Below are positions 42,934 to 53,482 of a DNA stretch of 64,000 bases, one piece after another. A program made the position numbers and the translations under genes. The stretch spans positions 20,364 to 84,363 of the forward strand of contig QPMI01000461.1 of the NCBI GenBank assembly GCA_004431415.1, read 5' to 3'. Within the stretch, counting starts at the first letter, position 1. Each line of letters opens with the position of its first letter. The notes under the pieces are model-generated. The model searched no databases. It was not told where the DNA came from and worked only from the letters and a program-made list of their open reading frames with translations. Source of the stretch: Cyanophora paradoxa CCMP329. Its lineage: Eukaryota > Plantae > Glaucophyta.

Positions 42934-43677
42934 TTTCTTCTCCGGGATTTGCCTCAAACAGAACGATTTTGTAGGACCTTCCGGCCCCTGGCGAGTGCAT
43001 ATTACGAAGCATCGACATCCAATGCTCACAACAAACGAGCACGAGAGACCGAGCTCTCGCTACGTCAACGACGCTCCTCGGTTCTTTGTGTAATCATCAT
43101 GCTAAATTTTAATTCAGGCTTTGGCTCCTGACGTGAAAAAAGCCTAGGAATGCTACTGAATATCTATATATAGCTATACGCAATCTTAACCGTGCGCGGC
43201 CGTGGGCCGGGCTAGTCACGCACTGTACTAGTCACGCACAGGAAGGGCACATGCTCGACTTACGGGATCACCGAATCCCTCGCGACGTAGCAACGATGCA
43301 ACCGGGCCGGGGTTGCACCTGTCATTTCAGTGACGCGTAGCGGGGAAGGCCGGCAATCCCCGAGAACGCGCACGTCGACAAAGCTGCCCTCGTTCTCGAG
43401 CCGCGGTAAACGTCGCGGCGTGTATAGAGCAATCAGCGCTGTCGGCTCCGCTGTCGGCTGTCGGCTCCGGTGGATCTCTCCAGCGTCTTCAGGCCTTAAC
43501 TTCGTCTTCGCCATGCTGCGCGCCGCGCAACGACTTGGACGAAACCGTGGCCGAGGCCGTGGCGCGGCTTTGCCGTCGGCGCCAGCTTCGCCGCCGCTGC
43601 TTCGCCGCAGCTTCGCCGCTTCGCGAGCTTCGCCGCTTCGGCCCATGAGGGGTACGAGGGGCTTCGGCCCGCGAGTC

Positions 43678-46600
43678 ATGAAACGTGGCCGCGAAGTGGA
43701 TGAAGCACTGGCGAAAGTCGAACGGGCGGAGACGGAACTGGTCAAAGCGCGGGCTGAGCTCGCCGAAGTGCTGCTCGCGCTCGAGCGGCCGGCTGCGGCC
43801 ACCACACCGGAGACGGCGACCGCAAGCAGGGACATGGAGCTTGTCGAACTCATCGACATCACCGATTCCGAGTCCGATGAGCCAGGCCCTTCGACTCCGG
43901 CGGCCTCCTACTTGCATGTGAGCGCGTGCTTATCGGCGGGTGCCTGTCCCCTTCACCCCTCTGCAGGAGATCCGGGCCAGGCGAAAACCGCTGTTGCACC
44001 GCCGGCGACACCGGCAGCGGTCATCCCTCCGGAGTCACTTGGGCGCCTGACAACCTTGACCCCTCTGCAGGAGATTCACGTCCTGAAGCAGGTGCTGGAA
44101 CCGTGTCCGTCACCCGTCGCCAACGTCGCCTTCGCAAGGGGCGCCTGCCGTGCGCCCCGCCCCTTCCCCCCCCGGCGCGAGCCCGGAGCGCCGGCGATCA
44201 AGCGCGAGGCCGGAGCGCCGGCGATCAAGCGCGAGCACGAGGCATGCGCAGCGCCTCCGGCAGCGCCGCAGGCCGAGCCCGGAGCGCCGGCGATCAAGCG
44301 CGAGGCCGGAGCGCCGGCGATCAATTGCAAGCGTGAGCGCAAGGCAGCGCCTCCGGCAGCGCCGCAGGCCGCCGTGGTCAAGCGGGGCGCGCAGCGGAGG
44401 CGCCGCCGGCCGCGGCGACCGCGGCGGAGCGGCCGCCGCACTCCGCCCCGTCGGCCCGCCCCGTCTTCGTCAAGCGCGAGCCGGAGGCGCCGCACGCGGC
44501 CCGCCCGTCTTCGTCAAGCGCGAGCCGGAGGCGCCGCCCGCGCGCCCGCGCCCGCCCGGGGCACGCATCCTCCTCCCTCCTCCGGCCCCCGCCCCGCCGC
44601 GGCTGCCGCGCCGGCGGCGGCAGCGACAACGGTCATCGCGCCCGACGCACTCGTGCGCGCCTCTTCCTCCTCCGCCCCTCCCGGCGCCGGCTGACCGCTC
44701 CAGGCGCTCCCGCAGGAGGTGCGCGTGCTGGAGCAGGTGCTCGAGCCGCGGCCCTCGCCCGTCGCCGCCCTCGCCTTCTCATGGGGCGCCTGCCGTGCGC
44801 CCCCGTCCACCGGCCCCGCGCGCCTCACGCCGCGCAGCGCTCTCGGGCCCCGCCGTGAGCGACTCCATCGTGAGCCTACACCGTTGTGGCAAGGCGCAGA
44901 AGTACCACTGGCGCCGGCCGGCGCCGGAGGAGGCCCCGTGCAGGAGCCGCCGCCGCCAGGCCCCCTCGACATCGTCGGCATGGTCCCCATCGTGCGCCCC
45001 GGCCCTCTCCCCCTTGCGCTGCGCCGCCTCACGGGCCCGCAGGAGATCGACCTCGACATGGACCCCATCCTCGCCTGCCCCCGCGGGCCCATGGTCCCGT
45101 GCCCCAGCCCGCCGCCCAGCCCCGGTGCGGCGGCTGCCGGCGCCGCCCCGGGCAGAGCGGCCTCGGTGGAGGTACCAGCAGCACCAGCGGCGGCAGCGCC
45201 GGCGGCCCCACAGCGGCGCCGGCATCGCCGCCGCCCGCATTGCAGCCCCTCGGCGGGTCCTTCTCGCAGCCTTCGGCAGCACTGGCGGTGCCGGCGGCAC
45301 CGGCACTGATGTTCACGCACGCGCTGGAGCTGCCGACGGAGGCGCTGCAGCGCGTCGGGCCGCAGCGCCCTGCGCACGCCCTCCCGCCCTCGCCCTCTCC
45401 CGCGTGCGCCCTCCCACCCGCCGCCGGCCGCCAGACTCCGCACTGACGCCGGCGCAGAACGACGCGTACATGATCGCCTCCCTTGGCACCGCGGGGTACC
45501 TCTTCAGGTGCCCCGCACGTCCAGCCGCCGCGCTCCTGGGGCCCTGACGCGGGCGCTCCTGGCGAGGGGCAGCGTGTACGGGCGGCACGCGCGCTGGGAG
45601 CGGTTCGGGCTGATGCGGAGCGACGCGGAGGGGCCTGGGGCGAACCCCAGTGGCCCACCGCCATCGCCTTCAGCCTCCACGACAACAACGTCGTTCTCGT
45701 CGGCACACAGGTGCCCGCCCGCCCGCTCCTTGCCCTCCAGCTACTTGCTTCTCTCAGATCGCCCCGCGTAGACGGGTCGCGTGCGGATCTCAAACCTCAA
45801 GAGCCGGCGACCTGTGGTGGAGTGCGCCGCCGGCCTCGGGCCCAGCGGCGAGACGGTGCCCGTGGCAGCGGTGCTGCCAACGGTCTGCCGGGCGCCCTCG
45901 TGGGCGTGGTGGGTGAACCCGGGCCTCCCGGCGCCCCGCCCCGCCCCGCTGGACGCCTCCACCCCGACCCCACCGCCGAGGGTCGCTGGATCTACTGCAC
46001 CTTTGCTGCCTCTGGGACGTGCGTGATTCGACCTGTGCCCCCTTCCCGCCGACCCGTCCTCGCCTCCAGCGGGCGGCGCAGAAGCCTGTTGGCACTCTTC
46101 ATGCCCTCCGCCGAGTTGCTAAACGTGCAGCCGCCTGAGGGCGCCGGCCCCACACCGGACTGCAGTCCGCCCCTTCCACCTTTCCTATCTCAGCGCGGCG
46201 TCTTCTGACCTAGCACGCAGCACTGGCGCAGCTGGACCTCGCGGGACCGCCCCGCATGGATCCACCGCCCGCGTCGTCCCCGGCGGTGCGCGCCTCGCCC
46301 ACCCGCGCCGCTGAGCAAAGAACCCTCCGGGTGCAGGAGTGCATTTCTTCCTGCAGGGGTTTGACCCGGCGCGGCGCACACCGCCGGCACCACCGCTGCC
46401 GCGGCGCCCCGGGGCCCGCCGCCTCCCCCGCCACTGCCGTTCGGGCTGCCGCCGGTGGACCTCCCGGAGGAGGAGACACGGCTGGCACAGCTCGTGGCGG
46501 TGACCTTTGAGGACCGCCTTGTGCTCGCCCGCCTGCGCCCGCTCCCCGCTGGCCCCGTCCCCATGGCCCTCCAGATCGTCCACGCCGCGCCCCTTCCCCG

Positions 46601-46706
46601 GGGCTACACCCGCTTCGAAGCCTCCGCTCTCTCTGCCGATGCAGGTGCCCTTTTCGTCCTCGCCACCCGGTCGAGGAAAGGGCAGTCCCTACTCGTCTTC
46701 GACCTC
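43678..46706 (+). CDS. GC-rich multi-exon gene with repeated [IV]KRE motifs and beta-propeller-like segments; interrupted by the foldback element
   Basis: AIKRE/VKRE repeats, LVELIDITDSESDE, WPTAIAFSLHDNNVVLVGT; CTGAC..CAG intron ends near 44692-44703 and 45544-45572; continues after 57761. Confidence 0.45.
45928..46706 (+). repeat. 779-bp direct duplication flanking the foldback element, left copy
   Basis: CCGGCGCCCCGCCCCG..TCTTCGACCTC recurs at 56984-57761 with only a few small indels. Confidence 0.93.
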
Positions 46707-49419
46707 TAGATCGTCACTTTTGGCTCCAGGTACGTTCGGTACAAAATAGGTACAAAATTGGTACGTTGCCGTACCAGGTTCGTACCGCCCACTGTACCGT
46801 GCACCGACGGTACACCCGCTGCACCGTCGGTGCATTTGGTACGCGGCGGACTCGTTCGGTACACGTCAGTACGCTGCCGTACCGTCGGTACGCGTCGGTT
46901 CACGGCACTGTGTCCAAGCTGCACCAGAACGCACCGCCCGGGAGCCAAAAGTGAAGATCGGAGCCGCGCACCGGACCAGCGTACCAGTATACGTATATAT
47001 ATAGGTATATGCGTATACGTACGCCGGCGGAGGGCGTCATTCCCCGCCCACTTCTCAGCCCGGCTACTAGAGAGCCATGGCTAGCCCAGTTCTCGCCCAG
47101 CTAGCAGAACTAGAGATCTAGAGCCAGATCGCCACCAAAGATTTGCCAGGCTGGCTCTGGCGTACGCGTTCTGGCTAGAAATATATCAAAGCGTGGTATC
47201 TGATTCTTTGGGGGTGATCTATCTATCTATCTATCTACGATTCTGACTGTGAATACATCTTACTGGCCGCTGGTGGGCTCGTCTAGGCTGCACACACTGA
47301 AACTGAAACTGAAATTCTCTGCCTGCCGATTCTGACTACTGATACATCCAACTGGTCGATGGCGAACTCAACTAGGCTGTACAAACTGAAACGGAAACTG
47401 AAACTGAATTTCGCTGCCTGCCGCTCCTCTGCATAGCCTAGCGGCGGCTACGCAAAAGTATGCGTGCGGGCCAGCAAGGAAAGGGACCGGGGGGGACGCG
47501 ACTAGGGATTCACGTGGGAGGGGAGGGCGGGAAGCGATGCGGCCCGCGCGCGCTCTAGGTCGTGCGGCACCTCGCCGAGCCCGATGCGCTGTGCGCATCG
47601 CGGTTAGCGAGCGCTCGAATCGAGGCGGGATCGAACGGGCCGCTGTGCACCTCGGCCAGGAGAGGGAGCAGCAGACCGGCTCGAGCTCGCCCCGCGGCCA
47701 GGATTCCCGCGACCGCGACCGCGAGGGCGAGGGCGACGCGCTCGCTGCGCTCGGAGAGTCAATCGAAAGAAAAGAAGCGTGCGCGCCGGCAAACGACCGC
47801 ACCTGCGCCCGAGCGGCCGCAAGCATGAACTTCGAGAGCGCCAGCAGCCACACGTCCGGCGGAGAGCGGCATGCGCTGCGCTGCGCACGTCGCCGGCGTT
47901 ACAACAAGATCAATGGGCAAGCAGCGGAGACAAGAGCGAGCACCTGGCCTGCGGAAGAAGTCGCCAAGCGAACTGGGCGGTGGTCTTCTGCTCGCGGGGA
48001 CCAGTCACGCCCGCTCCCTGGCCCGCCAGCGGAGTGAGGGATTGAATCAAAGGAGAGGAAACGAAAAGCACCTTGCTTCGCCTCCGCAGCCACCGCCTAC
48101 GTGCTGCGCGTGCCTGTCAGCGGCAGAACGCCCATTGGCGACAGCCGCGGGAGGAATGGACAACAAAGGCAACAAGGAGGTCGACAGCGATGCGTTCGCG
48201 AGCGTTCGCGGCCGCAACCGGGAGCCAGCCGCCCTGAAGCAAGGCTCTGCGTTTGAAATCAGGCGGGCGACAGGCGGCGAGAGGGGCAGAGGATGCAAGA
48301 AAGTACCTTCGAGCATCGTTCGCGCTTGAAGCTGACGATGTTCGCTGCGGCGGCAGCAAGTCCGTTCGACCTGGTTTGAAAAAGCGGCATCAGAGACGCG
48401 GGCAGCGCTGCGAGACCCCGGAGGAGCCAACGAACCGACCCGCTGTGAGAGTGAAGCGCGTCCGCGCGGCAGCCTTCCGTCGAGGCTGCAGCTGCTGGCA
48501 GCAAGGCATTTGAAGGCAGCAAGTTTGGGGTACACGACTGATGGGGAAAAAAGGCTTGCGAGGCCCACAGCGGCAGGGCCGCCGCGGCAGCCGCGCCGTA
48601 GTACAGCTTGTCGAGGCCACCTGAAGCGAATGCCAGCGGCTCTTGCGGCCCTCGCTCGCAGCGCCGCCCGCTGCAGCAACTTCGCGGGTGCTCGCAGCAC
48701 GCAGCGCGCGGCAGCTACGAGCGTGCGAGCTTGTAACTACAGGTCCAGCTCCCCCCGTGGCGTCGTCCTTGCGCCGCGCCGATCTACAGCTAGATCGACC
48801 CGGCCCGCAACCCCGCGCCGGGCGACTTCGCCGCGCTGGCCGGCTTCTTTGCGTGGCTTTCAGCTCACTTACATCCGCAGTATCTCTACTAGACAGCCCC
48901 GCGGTCGATTTGGAGGGTTGAGGTGCACGCCGGCCGTGGATGCGGTTCTGGTCGCCGGCGGAGCTCTCTCGCATGTTTCGGTGCATAGAGCGTCCCTTTG
49001 AGATGCTAACACAGTGCCTCTGACTCTGGACTGGCAGGACGTTGCGTGAGCGCGCGGACCGACGCAACCTCCCGATCGGCGGTCGCCTCGGGTGCGCCTG
49101 CCAAGCACAGAATTGGGCCAGCGACGCGCGAGCGCGTGGCTGAAGAGGCCCAGACCGCCGGGATGGGTGAGCCGGCTCGGATCGTCGCAGTTTGGGAGAC
49201 ATTCTTCTACACTGCCTAGGTGAGCTGGCTGGGCCCGTGCGCGTCGCTGACGGGACGCGTACGCGTCGCTGACGGGGCGCGCCGGTAACGCAGGGGGTGC
49301 GGCGGGTGGCGACGCCACTCGCGGGGCGGGGCGGATCTGGAGGCGCGGCAGGCGGCCCCGTGACTTCCAGGATAGGGCGGAGGCGCTTCCTGCGGTGCTG
49401 CGGGTCACAGAGCGGAGCG

Positions 49420-50294
49420 GAGGCGGGCGGAGGCGCGGCGGGAGGCCGCGCGGCTCTCCGGGCGATGCAGAGGCGCGGCAGGCGGCCGCGCGGCTCGCCG
49501 GGCGGGACGGAGGCGCGGCGGGCGGCGGCGGCGGCTCGCCGGGCGATGCAGAGGCGCGGCGGGCCGCCGCGCGGCTCGCCGGGCGGGACGGAGGCGCGGC
49601 GGGCGGCGGCGGCGGCTCGCCGGGCGATGCAGAGGCGCGGCGGGCCGCCGCGCGGCTCGCCGGGCGGGGCGGAGGCACGGCGGGCGGCGGCGGCGGCTCG
49701 CAGGGAGGGGCGGAGGCGCGGCGGGCGGCCGCGCGGCTCGCAGGGCGGGACGAAGACGCGGCGGGCAGCGGCGGCGGCTCGCGGGGCGGGGCGGAGGCGC
49801 GGCGGGCGGCCGCGCGGCTCGACGGGCGGGGCGGAGGCGCGGCGGGCGGCCGCGCGGCTCGTGGGGCGGGGCGGAGGCGCGGCGGGCGGCCGCGCGGCTC
49901 GCAGGGCGGGACGAAGACGCGGCGGGCAGCGGCGGCGGCTCGCGGGGCGGGGCGGAGGCGCGGCGGGCGGCCGCGCGGCTCGACGGGCGGGGCGGAGGCG
50001 CGGCGGGCGGCGGCGGCGGCTCGCCGGGCGATGCAGAGGCGCGGCGGGCGGCCGCGCGGCTCGCGGGGCGGGACGGAGGCGCGGCGGGCGGCGGCGGCGG
50101 CTCGCGGGGCGGGACGGAGACGCGGCGGGCAGCGGCGGCGGCTCGCGGGGCGGGGCGGAGGCGCGGCGGGCGGCCGCGCGGCTCGTGGGCGGGGCGGAGG
50201 CGCGGCGGGCGGCCGCGCGGCTCGACGGGCGGGGCGGAGGCACGGCGGGCGGCGGCGGCGGCTCGCAGGGAGGGGCGGAGGCGCGGCGGGCGGC
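49420..50294 (+). repeat. GC-rich degenerate minisatellite (GGAGGCGCGGCGGGCGGC..CGGCTCG units); related inverted tract at 53490-54090
   Basis: Repeated 30-36-bp units visible directly. Confidence 0.9.
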
Positions 50295-53200
50295 CGCGCT
50301 ACGAGCTAGCACCGGGCCTCCGGCGACCTCAGAATCAAATCCAGCACCTTCACGAACCCCCGGGAGCGTCTCCGCGCCCGGATGTAACTTGTCAGATAAG
50401 ATGTTTTACTTGGTGATATTTGCCGACTAGGCCCCTTGGTGGCAGGTTGGCAGTCTCAAGTAGCGCCCTCGACCTGACTCCTTCGCGTCGTTCGGGGCCG
50501 CGACTGCCCCCAAATATGCACCCCGCCCAATTTGAGGGCGGGGAATCCGAATCTGACGCTCCTACAAGCTCGTTCGTGCTCCTAAGCTCGGCGCGGCGAG
50601 CTTGCAATTCTTTGCACATGTTCATGAGTCTCTTCACGCCATAAAAACATACTGAGTAAGTGGCATCTATGAGCGCCCGGAGACGATATCAGTGCTTGCA
50701 ACTGTACATGCAGAGTATTTGACTCGAAGCTCAGGTCGCCCGGGCGCAGCTGCGGCGGGGAACAACTCCCAAATAAAGTTTTTCCCGAGATCAATTTTGA
50801 GAGCCGATTCCCAGTACGCCCGTGCCTCTCTAGCTCACTTGCCGGCGGATGCGAGTCATTCAGTAGCGTCTTAGACAGGGCCTCGACGTGACTACCGGCT
50901 GCCGGGCTTCTACTCGCACGCCCTGCCGCGCGGGAAGATCCTGAAAAGCCCGCCAAGAATTATGGCGACTCGCCCTCCAAAATAATGCGCAGCGCGCTAC
51001 GAGCTAGCACCAGGCCTCCGGCGACCTCAGAATCAAATCCAGCACCTTCAAGAACCCCCTTGAGCGTCTCCGCGCCCGGATGTAACTTGTCAGATAAGAT
51101 GTTTTACTTGGTGATATTTGCCGACTAGGCCCCTTGGTGGCAGGTTGGCAGTCTCAAGTAGCGCCCTCGACCTGACTCCTTCGCGTCGTTCGGGGCCGCG
51201 ACTGCCCCCAAATATGCTCCCCGCCCAATTTGAGGGCGGGGAATCCGAATCTGACGCTCCTACAAGCTCGTTCGTGCTCCTAAGCTCGGCGCGGCGAGCT
51301 TGCAATTCTTTGCACATGATCATGAGTCTCTTTACGCGATAAAAGAATATATACTGAGTAAGTAGCACCTATGAGCGCCCGTAGACGATATCAGTGCTTG
51401 CAACTGTACATGCAGAGTATTTGACTCGAAGCTCAGGTCGCCCGGGCGCAGCTGCGGCGGGGAACAACTCCCAAATAAAGTTTTTCCCGAGATCAATTTT
51501 GAGAGCCGATTCCCAGTACGCCCGTGCCTCTCTAGCTCACTTGCCGGCGGATGCGAGTCATTCAGTAGCGTCTTAGACAGGGCCTCGACGTCACTACCGG
51601 CTGCCGGGCTTCTACTCGCACGCCCTGCCGCGCGGGAAGATCCTGAAAAGCCCGCCAAGAATTATGGCGACTCGCCCTCCAAAATAATGCGCAGCGCGCT
51701 ACGAGCTAGCACCGGGCCTCCGGCGACCTCAGAATCAAATCCAGCACCTTCACGAACCCCCGGGAGCGTCTCCACGCCCGGATGTAACTTGTCAGATAAG
51801 ATGTTTTACTTGGTGATATTTGCCGACTAGGCCCCTTGGTGGCAGGTTGGCAGTCTCAAGTAGCGCCCTCGACCTGACTCCTTCGCGTCGTTCGGGGCCG
51901 CGACTGCCCCCAAATATGCACCCCGCCCAATTTGAGGGCGGGGAATCCGAATCTGACGCTCCTACAAGCTCGTTCGTGCTCCTAAGCTCGGCGCGGCGAG
52001 CTTGCAATTCTTTGCACATGATCATGAGTCTCTTTACGCGATAAAAGAATATATACTGAGTAAGTAGCACCTATGAGCGCCCGTAGACGATATCAGTGCT
52101 TGCAACTGTACATGCAGAGTATTTGACTCGAAGCTCAGGTCGCCCGGGCGCAGCTGCGGCGGGGAACAACTCCCAAATAAAGTTTTTCCCGAGATCAATT
52201 TTGAGAGCCGATTCCCAGTACGCCCGTGCCTCTCTAGCTCACTTGCCGGCGGATGCGAGTCATTCAGTAGCGTCTTAGACAGGGCCTCGACGTCACTACC
52301 GGCTGCCGGGCTTCTACTCGCACGCCCTGCCGCGCGGGAAGATCCTGAAAAGCCCGCCAAGAATTATGGCGACTCGCCCTCCAAAATAATGCGCAGCGCG
52401 CTACGAGCTAGCACCGGGCCTCCGGCGACCTCAGAATCAAATCCAGCACCTTCACGAACCCCGGGAGCGTCTCCGCGCCCGGATGTAACTTGTCAGATAA
52501 GATGTTTTACTTGGTGATATTTGCCGACTAGGCCCCTTGGTGGCAGGTTGGCAGTCTCAAGTAGCGCCCTCGACCTGACTCCTTCGCGTCGTTCGGGGCC
52601 GCGACTGCCCCCAAATATGCACCCCGCCCAATTTGAGGGCGGGGAATCCGAATCTGACGCTCCTACAAGCTCGTTCGTGCTCCTAAGCTCGGCGCGGCGA
52701 GCTTGCAATTCTTTGCACATGTTCATGAGTCTCTTCACGCCATAAAAACATACTGAGTAAGTGGCATCTATGAGCGCCCGGAGACGATATCAGTGCTTGC
52801 AACTGTACATGCAGAGTATTTGACTCGAAGCTCAGGTCGCCCGGGCGCAGCTGCGGCGGGGAACAACTCCCAAATAAAGTTTTTCCCGAGATCAATTTTG
52901 AGAGCCGATTCCCAGTACGCCCGTGCCTCTCTAGCTCACTTGCCGGCGGATGCGAGTCATTCAGTAGCGTCTTAGACAGGGCCTCGACGTCACTACCGGC
53001 TGCCGGGCTTCTAATCGCACGCCCTGCCGCGCGGGAAGATCCTGAAAAGCCCGCCAAGAATTATGGCGACTCGCCCTCCAAAATAATGCGCAGCGCGCTA
53101 CGAGCTAGCACCGGGCCTCCGGCGACCTCAGAATCAAATTCAGCACCTTCACGAACCCCCGGGAGCGTCTCCACGCCCGGATGTAACTTGTCAGATAAGA

Positions 53201-53482
53201 TGTTTTACTTGGTGATATTTGCCGACTAGGCCCCTTGGTGGCAGGTTGGCAGTCTCAAGTAGCGCCCTCGACCTGACTCCTTCGCGTCGTTCGGGGCCGC
53301 GACTGCCCCCAAATATGCACCCGCCCAATTTGAGGGCGGGGAATCCGAATCTGACGCTCCTACAAGCTCGTTCGTGCTCCTAAGCTCGGCGCGGCGAGCT
53401 TGCAATTCTTTGCACATGATCATGAGTCTCTTCACGCCATAAAAACATACTGAGTAAGTGGCATCTATGAGCGCCCGGAGAC
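50295..53482 (+). repeat. Tandem array of ~700-bp units (4 complete + 1 partial)
   Basis: Units start with CGCGCTACGAGCTAGCACC at 50295, 50993, 51695, 52397 and 53094. Confidence 0.95.

Noticed and set aside
46707-46708. TA as a Tc1/mariner target duplication
   Set aside because: The uninterrupted copies of both junctions (45927/8 and 57761/2) contain no TA, so TA belongs to the element termini
47218-47237. (ATCT)n, plus (CT)n near 63300 and (GCARAA)n near 63950
   Set aside because: Ordinary microsatellites
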